Assembly: GCA_031263295.1 (NCBI GenBank)
Contig: JAISGC010000092.1
Span: 1-39,363 of the forward strand
Reading direction: 5' to 3'
Length of the DNA: 39,363 nucleotides
Origin: Rickettsiales bacterium
Lineage (GTDB): Bacteria; Pseudomonadota; Alphaproteobacteria; Rs-D84
Shown here: positions 1-7,381 of the stretch, piece after piece
Layout: the number at the start of each line of letters is the position of its first letter
Position numbering within the stretch: the first letter of the stretch is position 1
Program-made: the position numbers and the translations under genes
The notes under the pieces: model-generated
What the model saw: the letters and a program-made list of their open reading frames with translations, nothing else
Databases searched by the model: none
What the model was told of the DNA's origin: nothing

Positions 1-267
1 CATCGAAAGAATGCGCTCGACCTCGCCGCCGAAGTCCGCGGGCCCGGGGGTATCGACTATATTTATTTTATTGTCGTTCCACAGGATGCTGGTCGGCTTG
101 GCCGATATGGTGATGCCGCGCTCGCGCTCTATCTCGCCAGAATCCATAACCCGCTCGGCCACGCGCTCGTTGGCGCGGAATGTTCCCGCCTGTTTCAGCA
201 TATTGTCCACCAGCGTCGTTTTGCCGTGGTCGACATGGGCGATTATCGCAATATTTCTTATCTTCAT
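1..267 (-). CDS. typA: Translational GTPase TypA/BipA, N-terminal fragment (gene continues past window start)
   Basis: Reverse-strand translation from ATG at 265-267: [89 protein letters not shown]. The P-loop AHVDHGKTT and [12 protein letters not shown] match the TypA/BipA pattern. Absent from the ORF track because it is open at the window edge. Confidence 0.85.
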   Translation of the reverse strand, partial: MKIRNIAIIAHVDHGKTTLVDNMLKQAGTFRANERVAERVMDSGEIERERGITISAKPTSILWNDNKINIVDTPGPADFGGEVERILSM

Positions 268-344
268 TTTATTTCAAGCTCACGCGACATCCTCCCGCAT
301 TGAGGGAATTGACGCAAACTCCTCCGTCATAAGTCGTTATATTT

Positions 345-419
345 TGGTAGCGGCGGAGGGATTCGGACCCCCGACCAAGGGATTATGATTCCCGTGCTCT
401 ACCCCTGAGCTACGCCGCC
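345..419 (-). tRNA. tRNA-Met (anticodon CAU); lysidine-type tRNA-Ile2 not excluded
   Basis: The reverse complement folds as a cloverleaf: GGCGGCG-TA-GCTC-AGGGGTA-GAGC-A-CGGGA-ATCATAA-TCCCT-TGGTC-GGGGG-TCCGAAT-CCCTC-CGCCGCT-A-CCA. Anticodon is CAT and the CCA is encoded. The 5' half resembles elongator tRNA-Met. The T-loop reads TCCGAAT rather than the usual TTCGAAT. Confidence 0.85.
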
Positions 420-462
420 TTTGGTCGGGCCATTATATAGGATGGAATGCAAAATGTCAAAA

Positions 463-1176
463 TTAGGTATCAGGTATCTGGAAACAGGTATCAGGGGTGC
501 AGTGCAAATTATAAGACAATGCCTTGCAACAAATGCAGACCTCCTGATACCTGTTTCCAGATACCTGATACCTATGTCTGTGCCGGACATAGACGATGAT
601 GTCCGCAGAAAGCGCGCCGATGAACGCGCCCGCCAGGACATCCGTCGGCCAATGCGCGCCGTAGCACACGCGGCCGATTCCGGCTATTGCCGCAATCGTC
701 CAAGAGACAGGCTTTAACCGCGGATAGAGCAGCCCGATTGAAACCAATGCCGCGAACGCGCCCGCCGTATGGCCGGACGGAAAGCTGTGCGCGATGTCCG
801 ACATCGAGAACGGGTCGAACGCGTGGAACGGGGGCCGCAGGCGCCCGACCGCGAGCTTTATCGCGCCGACGAGACCCTCGGCGAGCACGACGGCGCAAAA
901 AATGTTGGCCGAAAGTTTTTCAAGCCCGAGTTTGTTTGTCGTCGCGAACCTGTATATTTTCGCCGCGATAAAGGCGAGCAGGGCGGCCGCCGCTATATAT
1001 TTCCATTGCCCGACCGAATCCGTCCAGGCCCAGATTTTCCAGTCCGAAAAAGGCCGCGTCAAATCGAACAGAAATCCGTCCGCCCCTGCGAATCCAAGGA
1101 TCAGAAGAATTGTCAATATTATCGTTCCGCGAAAAACCGCGCGCGGGTTTATATGCTCGTGTTTGGTCAGAAACAT
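463..1176 (-). CDS. PAP2-family (acid phosphatase / undecaprenyl-diphosphatase-like) membrane protein
   Basis: The three PAP2 motifs are present: KLAVGRLRP, FPSGHT, GRVCYGAHWPTD. The protein is hydrophobic with multiple TM segments. The last ~36 codons and the stop codon are encoded by the MITE-like repeat at 465-573. Confidence 0.8.
   Translation of the reverse strand: MFLTKHEHINPRAVFRGTIILTILLILGFAGADGFLFDLTRPFSDWKIWAWTDSVGQWKYIAAAALLAFIAAKIYRFATTNKLGLEKLSANIFCAVVLAEGLVGAIKLAVGRLRPPFHAFDPFSMSDIAHSFPSGHTAGAFAALVSIGLLYPRLKPVSWTIAAIAGIGRVCYGAHWPTDVLAGAFIGALSADIIVYVRHRHRYQVSGNRYQEVCICCKALSYNLHCTPDTCFQIPDT
465..573. mobile_element. MITE-like 109-bp element, copy 1 (31-bp perfect terminal inverted repeats built of AGGTATC heptamers)
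   Basis: Left arm AGGTATCAGGTATCTGGAAACAGGTATCAGG (465-495) is the exact reverse complement of 543-573. A second copy lies at 16850-16959 in the opposite orientation. No transposase is present in the window. Confidence 0.7.
1093..1105 (+). repeat. Polar AAGGATCAGA motif, loop-less copy (inside PAP2 CDS)
   Basis: TCCAAGGATCAGA. The exact 10-mer AAGGATCAGA is at 1096-1105 on the + strand. Confidence 0.6.
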
Positions 1177-1179
1177 TTT

Positions 1180-2733
1180 TTATTCCTTTGATGAAAGCCG
1201 GTTGTAGACCTCGGGCGCGAGAAGTATGTCCATCGCGACCGCCGATGCCGCCGCGTCCTCGTCGGCCCCGGACTTTATGTTCGGGCATCCGCGGCGTATT
1301 TCCGCCGGGTCGAATTGGGCGTCGTTGAAGTCCTTGGCCGCGTATTCGCGATTTTTGATGTTCAGAACGAAGGCGTCCTTTTGGTCCGCGGTCCGAATAT
1401 TAGACAGGCATACAAGCGGGAAAAATCCGCGGCCGTCGATTTTGCGCCCTTGGCCCGATTTGATTTCGCGGTTCAGAAGTTCGAGCGTTCCGCCGTTTTT
1501 AAGAGGAAGCTTTGATAATAATTTCGCGCGTCCTGCGGTCGGAACGCCGATAACGACCGCCGCATTGTTCTCCCACAGCGCGAAGGCCAATGCCTCGGCC
1601 GCGCCGTTGGTCGCGTTCGATACCGCCGCCACAATCGGAACGCCCGCCGCCATGGGCTCGTTCGACGGGATTATCTCGACATCGTCCGTCGCGACCTCGG
1701 ACATCAATGCGACCGGAACCTGCCCGACCAGCAAGCCCGCCAATTGCGCGAAGGCCGTCTCGTCGTCGCCGCCCGTCGCGCGCAGGTCGAGGTATATTCC
1801 GGCGATTTCGCTCTTGTAAATATCCAATGCGTTCATAATTATGTCGACCGCCCCGGGCGTTATTTTATGGACTATGATTTCAAGTATCGAGCCGCCCGCA
1901 TTCGTATTCATAAGGACCACATCCGCGTCCGCGAGTATTATCGACGCGCGCCGAAGCGTCGCCGATTTTTCTTTGCGGTCGCGGCCGATCGCACGGACCT
2001 TTATAGTGCCCGACGAAAATCCGTTGAAGAGACCGAGGACCTCCATATCGGACAAATCGCGCAGCCTGCGTCCGTTCGCCATTGTCAGAATGTCGCCCTC
2101 CTCCAAGCCCGCCGCGTCAGCAGACGAGCCCTTGAATATGGTATTGATTACATAGTCGCCCGATGTTGTCCGGACGCCCGCGATGCCGAGCGTCGTCAAA
2201 ACATGCGGGTCGTCGGAGAGCGTTCGCGGCGCCGTGTATTTTCCGCTTTCGTTTATTCCGCGCATCATGGCCGTTATCGCGGCGCGATATATTTCGGACG
2301 CCGGTATGGTGGAGCGCGGCGCCAGTTTCGATATTATCGCGGTCGTTATCTCGCCATAGCTTTTCCAGTCCTTGTCCGCGGGCCGCGGCCAGTTTCCGAT
2401 AATATCGTTGGCGCGCAGAACCACCACCCGTTGGTCGGTCGCGGCGATTTTTATCTTCGGCGCTATGTTTTCCAAGGATTCCAACGCGACGCGCATATCC
2501 TTGCCGCCCCATTTCACCCCGTCGAGCGTTTCATATATGTCCGCGAATGTTTCGGACATTTCCGATTCGGCCGCGGTCAGTTCGTCGAACTGCGGCGCCG
2601 CCTCGGCGGCGAAGCCGCCGAGAGAGAACAGAGATACGAAAATAGAGAATAAGAGAATAAGAGAATAAGAGAACGGAGCCTGACATAACCGCCGTGCTTT
2701 AAGTTTTAATGAAAGCATTTTAATAATCTCCAT
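1180..2733 (-). CDS. S41 (C-terminal processing peptidase)-like secreted protein with PDZ-like segment; catalytic residues appear substituted
   Basis: The ORF is 517 aa; an alternative ATG at 2718 has a better-spaced GGAG. It has a signal-like N-terminus, a PDZ-like GLEEGDILTMANG, and S41 core blocks IYLDLRATGG, VSNATNGAAEALA and GVPTAGRAKL. Confidence 0.65.
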   Translation of the reverse strand: MEIIKMLSLKLKARRLCQAPFSYSLILLFSIFVSLFSLGGFAAEAAPQFDELTAAESEMSETFADIYETLDGVKWGGKDMRVALESLENIAPKIKIAATDQRVVVLRANDIIGNWPRPADKDWKSYGEITTAIISKLAPRSTIPASEIYRAAITAMMRGINESGKYTAPRTLSDDPHVLTTLGIAGVRTTSGDYVINTIFKGSSADAAGLEEGDILTMANGRRLRDLSDMEVLGLFNGFSSGTIKVRAIGRDRKEKSATLRRASIILADADVVLMNTNAGGSILEIIVHKITPGAVDIIMNALDIYKSEIAGIYLDLRATGGDDETAFAQLAGLLVGQVPVALMSEVATDDVEIIPSNEPMAAGVPIVAAVSNATNGAAEALAFALWENNAAVVIGVPTAGRAKLLSKLPLKNGGTLELLNREIKSGQGRKIDGRGFFPLVCLSNIRTADQKDAFVLNIKNREYAAKDFNDAQFDPAEIRRGCPNIKSGADEDAAASAVAMDILLAPEVYNRLSSKE

Positions 2734-2786
2734 TCTCTTACTCTCTGCAAACGCGAAGCGTTTGCGCTCTCTTATTCTCTATTCAT
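2644..2786. repeat. GAGAATAA-octamer inverted-repeat region with embedded GCAAACGC-GAA-GCGTTTGC hairpin
   Basis: The tandem (GAGAATAA) x3.5 at 2644-2673 lies inside the signal-peptide codons of the S41-like gene. The complementary ATTCTCTTA.../CTCTTATTCTCTATTC arm is at 2730-2784. An 8-bp-stem hairpin is at 2747-2765. The same family occurs at 5196-5306. Confidence 0.75.
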
Positions 2787-3643
2787 TTTTCCCGGATATT
2801 AAAGTTCATAAGGAGCGCGTTCGAGACGAATATCGAAGAGAGCGTTCCCTCGAATATCGAAAACAGCATGGCCAGCGCAAAGTCGCCCAGCGTTCCGCCC
2901 GCAAATATCAGCATCGCCATCATTCCGAGCGCCGTCGAGACCGATGTTATCTGCGTGCGGACGAACATCTCGTTCACGGACAAATCTATAAGCTGGTCCG
3001 TCGGCATAGTCTTGTATTTCTTCGCGTTCTCCTCGATGCGGTCGTAGTTCACGATTTTGTCGTTTATCGAATATCCTATGCCGGTCAGAATCACCGCTAT
3101 CGCCGTCTGGGAAAACTCCAATCCCGCAATCGAATAAAATCCGAACATCAAAAAGAAATCCAATGAAAGCGCCAGAAACGAGCCGACCGCGTATCCGCCC
3201 CTGTATCGAATCCACACATAGACCGCCATCATAAGGAACGCGAATACTATCGCCATAATTCCGCCGCGTATCAGTTCGCCGCCGATTTTCGGCCCGACTA
3301 TCTGAACCTGCTGATAGCTCACCCGGTCGCCGAGGGCCTTTTTGATTTCGGCGACGCGCGCGTTCTGCTCCGCCTCGGTCGCGTTCTTATCCAGACCGAC
3401 GCGTATCAGGACATTGCCTTTGTCATCGGCTTGGAGCTCGGGATTCCATTCGGCCAGGTCGCCGCGCATTTTATCGAGCTGGTATCCCGCCGCCGGCTTC
3501 GCGTCTATCGCGATGCCGCCCGAAAAGTCTATGCCATAGTTCAGCCCCTTGAAAACCAAGGATGCGACAGCACCGAGTATCAGCAGAACGCTGACCGCGT
3601 AGACCAGTTTCCGGTATTTCATAAACTTGAAGTCGAATGTCAT
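2783..3643 (-). CDS. secF: Protein translocase subunit SecF
   Basis: 286 aa with the N-terminus MTFDFKFMKYRKLVY...GIDFSGG and the SecF TM pattern. It has a 4-bp ATGA overlap with the upstream secD. Confidence 0.9.
   Translation of the reverse strand: MTFDFKFMKYRKLVYAVSVLLILGAVASLVFKGLNYGIDFSGGIAIDAKPAAGYQLDKMRGDLAEWNPELQADDKGNVLIRVGLDKNATEAEQNARVAEIKKALGDRVSYQQVQIVGPKIGGELIRGGIMAIVFAFLMMAVYVWIRYRGGYAVGSFLALSLDFFLMFGFYSIAGLEFSQTAIAVILTGIGYSINDKIVNYDRIEENAKKYKTMPTDQLIDLSVNEMFVRTQITSVSTALGMMAMLIFAGGTLGDFALAMLFSIFEGTLSSIFVSNALLMNFNIREK
3547..3563 (+). repeat. Degenerate copy of the polar palindromic motif (inside secF CDS)
   Basis: CCTTG-AAAAC-CAAGGAT followed by GCGA instead of CAGA. Confidence 0.35.
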
Positions 3644-5181
3644 TTTTTTATCCTTACGAATCCGATTTTGCGCCCGTGTTTTCCCATATAGAAATCAATC
3701 AGCAATTTGGAAAGCGGTATGCATGTGAACAAGGTCGTCATTATTCCGACCGAAAGCGTCACGGCGAATCCGCGTATCGGGCCTGCGCCGAACTGGAACA
3801 GGACCAGCGCGCAAATCAAGGTCGTCAGATTTCCGTCCATAACGGCCTTCAACGCCTTGCTGTATCCGGCGTCGACCGCGCGGAGGGCGCCAGACCCGGC
3901 TTTCATTTCGTCGCGGATTCTCTCGAATGGCAGAATATTCGCGTCGACCGCCATTCCGAGCGTCAGGACTATTCCGGCGATTCCGGGCAGGGTCAGGGTC
4001 GCGCCGAAAAATGCCGATATTCCGATTATCATAAGCAGGTTTATCAGAAGGACCGCGTCGGCGATAACGCCGAACCGGCCGTAAATCGCCAGCATAAACA
4101 TCATTATAAGGAGGACGCCCCAGACGCAGGCTATGCGCCCGGACTCTATCGCGTCCGCGCCGAGGCCCGCGCCGACGGTGCGCTCTTCTATCACTTCAAG
4201 CGGCGCGGGCAGGGCGCCCGAGCGCAACAGCACCGCCAAGTCCTCGGCCGTCCGCGTCGTGAAGTTCCCGGAAATCTGGCCGCGGCCGCCCGGTATGGGC
4301 TCCCTGATAACCGGCGCGGACAAGACCTCGTTGTCGAGGACTATCGCGAATCTCTGCCCGACATTCTCGGTGGTGAGGCGCGCGAACTTTCGCGCTCCGG
4401 CCGAATCGAACTCCTGGGTCACGACGGGCACATTGTTTTGGTCGAATGAGGCCTGCGAATCGGTGAGGTTTTCGCCCGACAATTCAACCTTGGTGAAAAT
4501 CGGAACCATTCCGCCGTCGCGCGACGGCAGGGCGATTGTGCCCGACGGCAATTTCTCCGCGCCTATCGCGTTTTCGTTCACAAGGTGGAATGTCATTTTC
4601 GCGGTCTTGCCGATAAGCTCTTTTATGCGGTCGGGATTGTCGACGCCGGGCAGCTGAACCAGAATATATTTTCCGCCCTGCTGCTGAATCGAAGGCTCCT
4701 TGGTGCCGAAGGCGTCTATGCGGCGGCGCACGATTTCGATACTGCGGGCCAAAGCGTCGGACAGGACCTTTTCGCGCTCGCGGTCCGAATATCCGACCGA
4801 GATTGTATTGCCGTTATTTTCGACGCTGGCGTCCGGGATGACGGACTTTATGCGGCCCTTGGCGGCGGCGACATCGGCCGCGTTCACGACCTTGAACGAC
4901 ACATTGCCCTGGCCGCGGGTCAAATCGGAAAATCTTATCACGCCTTTTTCTCGGTTGAGCAAGCCGCCGCGGACCCCGTCGTAAAGCGCGGCCGATTTTT
5001 CACGCATCATCGCGTCGGTGTCGACCGCGAGCAACAGCTGCGCGCCGCCCTTCAAGTCGAGCCCCAAAGACACCGGGTGATAAAATCCGGGAAGAACGGA
5101 TTCGGATGCGGGCCAAATGGTCGGCAGCGCCAGAGACACGCCGAACAGCGCCGTGAATATAATAAGCAATTTCTTTAACAT
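3640..5181 (-). CDS. secD: Protein translocase subunit SecD
   Basis: The start is placed at ATG 5179-5181 (MLKKLLIIFTALFGVSLALP), preceded by AAGGAAAGAG. The 29 upstream codons of the track ORF are translation of the GAGAATAA repeat. The SecD periplasmic domain and C-terminal TM bundle are recognisable. Confidence 0.9.
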   Translation of the reverse strand: MLKKLLIIFTALFGVSLALPTIWPASESVLPGFYHPVSLGLDLKGGAQLLLAVDTDAMMREKSAALYDGVRGGLLNREKGVIRFSDLTRGQGNVSFKVVNAADVAAAKGRIKSVIPDASVENNGNTISVGYSDREREKVLSDALARSIEIVRRRIDAFGTKEPSIQQQGGKYILVQLPGVDNPDRIKELIGKTAKMTFHLVNENAIGAEKLPSGTIALPSRDGGMVPIFTKVELSGENLTDSQASFDQNNVPVVTQEFDSAGARKFARLTTENVGQRFAIVLDNEVLSAPVIREPIPGGRGQISGNFTTRTAEDLAVLLRSGALPAPLEVIEERTVGAGLGADAIESGRIACVWGVLLIMMFMLAIYGRFGVIADAVLLINLLMIIGISAFFGATLTLPGIAGIVLTLGMAVDANILPFERIRDEMKAGSGALRAVDAGYSKALKAVMDGNLTTLICALVLFQFGAGPIRGFAVTLSVGIMTTLFTCIPLSKLLIDFYMGKHGRKIGFVRIKK

Positions 5182-5195
5182 AACTCTTTCCTTGT

Positions 5196-5306
5196 AAGAA
5201 AGAGAATGAGAGAATGCAAACGCTTCGCGTTTGCAGAGAATAAGAGAATGGCGTTTGCGACTCCGCAAGTTCCATTCTCTTATTCTCTTATTCTCTTATT
5301 CTCTAT
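5196..5306. repeat. GAGAATAA/GAGAATG repeat inverted pair with TGCAAACGC-TTC-GCGTTTGCA hairpin (fills the yajC-secD spacer)
   Basis: AGAGAATGAGAGAATG is at 5201-5216, the palindrome at 5215-5235, GAGAATAAGAGAATG at 5236-5250, and the complementary ATTCTCTTATTCTCTTATTCTCTTATTCTCT at 5274-5304. The yajC stop codon (5303-5305) lies in the last unit. Confidence 0.75.
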
Positions 5307-5578
5307 ACTATGTTCGCCACGGCGCTTTTCGGAATCTCTATCACGACTCCGTCGGCGATTTCGACGCGGACGGCCTCGTCCTTTATCTCGCGTATCGTGC
5401 CGTAGATTCCGCCCGCGAATATTATCCGCGCGCCGACTCTCAATCCCGCCAGCATATTCTTATATTCGGCCATCTTCTTTTTGTTCGGCCGTATCATCAT
5501 AAAATACATCAGGGCGAAGATTACCCCGCACCAGATTATCATTCCCAAAGTGCTGTTCCCGGTGGCTGCGTTTTCCAT
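5303..5578 (-). CDS. yajC: Preprotein translocase subunit YajC
   Basis: 91 aa with a single N-terminal TM and FALMYFMMIRPNKKK followed by a GD.V.T.GG.G-like C-terminal region. SD AAGGA lies upstream. The position upstream of secDF is the classic arrangement. Confidence 0.9.
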   Translation of the reverse strand: MENAATGNSTLGMIIWCGVIFALMYFMMIRPNKKKMAEYKNMLAGLRVGARIIFAGGIYGTIREIKDEAVRVEIADGVVIEIPKSAVANIV

Positions 5579-5640
5579 AATAAATCCTTTTATTTATGGG
5601 AATATAGCAATAAAAAGCGGGAAGTGCAAAGGGCAAAATA

Positions 5641-5751
5641 GGGGTCAGGGACAGGGGTTAGGGGTTAGCGCAGCGCGCGATAAGTTTTTTATAAAAAACA
5701 AGCGTGGCAACAATATTCTCTATCCCCTAACCCCTGTCCCTAACCCCTAAC
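5641..5751. repeat. G-rich heptamer inverted repeat (GGGGTCAGGGACAGGGGTTAGGGG / complement)
   Basis: Arm 5641-5664 matches the reverse complement of 5724-5747 with one mismatch, separated by a ~59-nt AT-rich spacer. Each arm has four G-runs. The mutL stop (5747-5749) lies in the right arm. Confidence 0.75.
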
Positions 5752-7381
5752 TTCTCTCGAACCGGCCGTCCAGCTCGTCGAATGTGAAGACGCGCCAGAC
5801 CGGGCGGCCGTGGTTGCATTCCCCGCCGCGCTCGGTCTCTTCGATTTGCCGCAGGAGCGCGTTCATTTGCTCCAACGACAGGCGCTGGCCCGCGCGGACG
5901 CTGTGGTGGCAGGCGTAATTCGCGAGCTTCAAGTGCAGTTTTTCCATCGCGATGGACGAATGGCCGTTGGCTTGAACTTCGTCCGCCATCGCGCCGAGGC
6001 ATTCGGTCCAGTCCAAGTCGAAGTCCGCGGGCTTTTCATAAATCGCAATATCGTCTTCGCCGAACGGCCCGAGCGCGAGGCCCGACGCCGCGAGCTCGTC
6101 CTTCAATTCCAGAACGCTCGCGGCCTGGCCCGGGCGCAGGCGGATTATTTCCGGCGCGAGAAGCGGCTGGCGCTTGACGGCTCCGGTCCGCAGCTTCTCG
6201 TATGTGATGCGTTCGTGCGCGGCGTGCTGGTCTATGATAATCAGCCCCGTCGCCGTCTCGGACAGAATATATTTGTTCGCGATCTGCGCGCGGGCCAGCC
6301 CCAGCGGATAATCCAAAGCGGGCAGGGGCGAATCGATTTGATTCGGCGCGGGCATCGCGGCGAACAAATCCTGCGGCCCGGACCAGGCGGGGGCGGCGAT
6401 TGGAAAATCCACCCCGGCCAGCGGCCCAGATATTGCGGCCGTCGGCGTCGCCGCGATGGCCGCGCGAAGAGCCTTCACGATAAAATCCCGGATGCGGTTC
6501 GGCTCTAAAAAATGCACATCGGTTTTGGCGGGCGAGACATTCACATCGACCGATTGCGGCGGCAGTTCCAGATACAAACAGCACAGCGGAAACTCGCGCG
6601 CATGCATCACATCGAAGTATGCGGCGCGGAGCGCCCCGACCAAAACCTTGTCTTTCACGGGCCGCCGGTTCACGAACAGATACTGGTCGATGGAGCTGGC
6701 GCGGCGCAAGGTGGGCTTGCTTGCGAATCCGGTCAGCTTTATGTCTCCGTCCGCCGCGTTTATTTCAAGCATCCCGTCTTCGGCGTCGTTTCCCATAATC
6801 GCTCCGATCCTTGCAATCAAAGGATCAGAACGATTGTATCGGTATTTGTCATTGAGGTTGAAGCCGATGTCGGGGCGCGCGAGCGCGAGCCGTTTCACGA
6901 CCTCGGCAATCGCCATCATCTCGACCCTGTCGGCGCGGAGAAACTTCAATCTTGCGGGGACTTTTTGGAAAAGATTTTTGACGCGGACGCGCGTGCCCGA
7001 TTCCCAACTGCTCGGGCGGACGGCCCCGTTTTCAAGCGCCATTCCGTTCGTTTCTATGATGGTCTCCGAGACCGACGAAATCGACGGCAGGGCCTCGCCG
7101 CGGAATCCCATAAAGTTTATGTTCAATAAATCGTCCGTGGGCAGCTTGCTGGTTGCATGGCGCAGGACCGATTTCTCCAAATCCTCGCGCGACATTCCGC
7201 CGCCGTTGTCCGCGACCTGTATCAGCGTTCGCCCGCCGTCTATGACATTTATCGTTATCTCGGTTCCGCCCGCGTCCAGCGCGTTTTCGACCAGTTCTTT
7301 GACGACGCTGGCGGGCCGTTCGACCACCTCGCCCGCGGCGATTCTGTCAATCAGTTCATCGGGCAGAATCCTAACCTGCAT
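5747..7381 (-). CDS. mutL: DNA mismatch repair endonuclease MutL
   Basis: The N-terminal GHKL ATPase motifs are present (RIAAGEVVERPASVVKELVENALDAG). The C-terminal endonuclease motif DQHAAHERITYE is present. At 544 aa it is short for MutL. Confidence 0.9.
   Translation of the reverse strand: MQVRILPDELIDRIAAGEVVERPASVVKELVENALDAGGTEITINVIDGGRTLIQVADNGGGMSREDLEKSVLRHATSKLPTDDLLNINFMGFRGEALPSISSVSETIIETNGMALENGAVRPSSWESGTRVRVKNLFQKVPARLKFLRADRVEMMAIAEVVKRLALARPDIGFNLNDKYRYNRSDPLIARIGAIMGNDAEDGMLEINAADGDIKLTGFASKPTLRRASSIDQYLFVNRRPVKDKVLVGALRAAYFDVMHAREFPLCCLYLELPPQSVDVNVSPAKTDVHFLEPNRIRDFIVKALRAAIAATPTAAISGPLAGVDFPIAAPAWSGPQDLFAAMPAPNQIDSPLPALDYPLGLARAQIANKYILSETATGLIIIDQHAAHERITYEKLRTGAVKRQPLLAPEIIRLRPGQAASVLELKDELAASGLALGPFGEDDIAIYEKPADFDLDWTECLGAMADEVQANGHSSIAMEKLHLKLANYACHHSVRAGQRLSLEQMNALLRQIEETERGGECNHGRPVWRVFTFDELDGRFERS
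6822..6852 (+). repeat. Polar palindromic motif copy (inside mutL CDS)
   Basis: CTCCGATCCTT-GCAATCA-AAGGATCAGAACG. The exact 10-mer is at 6840-6849. Confidence 0.65.

Noticed and set aside
1744-2652. Long alternative-frame or antisense ORFs across housekeeping genes. Examples: 1744-2652, 3637-4449, 6456-7988, 14783-15583, 17036-17797, 20572-21648, 23651-24265, 28760-29485 (the 5' part), 35611-36318 and 36346-37488.
   Set aside because: Each is shadowed by an ORF with clear family motifs on the other strand or frame. Their compositions (Arg/Pro/Gly-rich, no motifs, often non-ATG starts in the track) indicate GC-driven spurious ORFs.
5182-5268. N-terminal extensions in the ORF track: secD to 5268, xerD from 9576, paralog 1 to 12074, OMP from 23192 and 24394, the 432-aa protein from 31060, trmB to 33188, hlyIII from 34518, rlmN from 29374, and rarA to 29430.
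   Set aside because: In each case an internal ATG with a better SD and a native-looking N-terminus or signal peptide exists. The extensions run through repeat DNA or the preceding gene, and several use TTG.
5641-5668. TTAGGGG-type repeats as a telomere or linear-replicon end.
   Set aside because: There are only about four units. They lie internal to a normal operon context and are paired with an inverted copy 60 nt away. They are one of several heptamer palindrome families, not a chromosome end.
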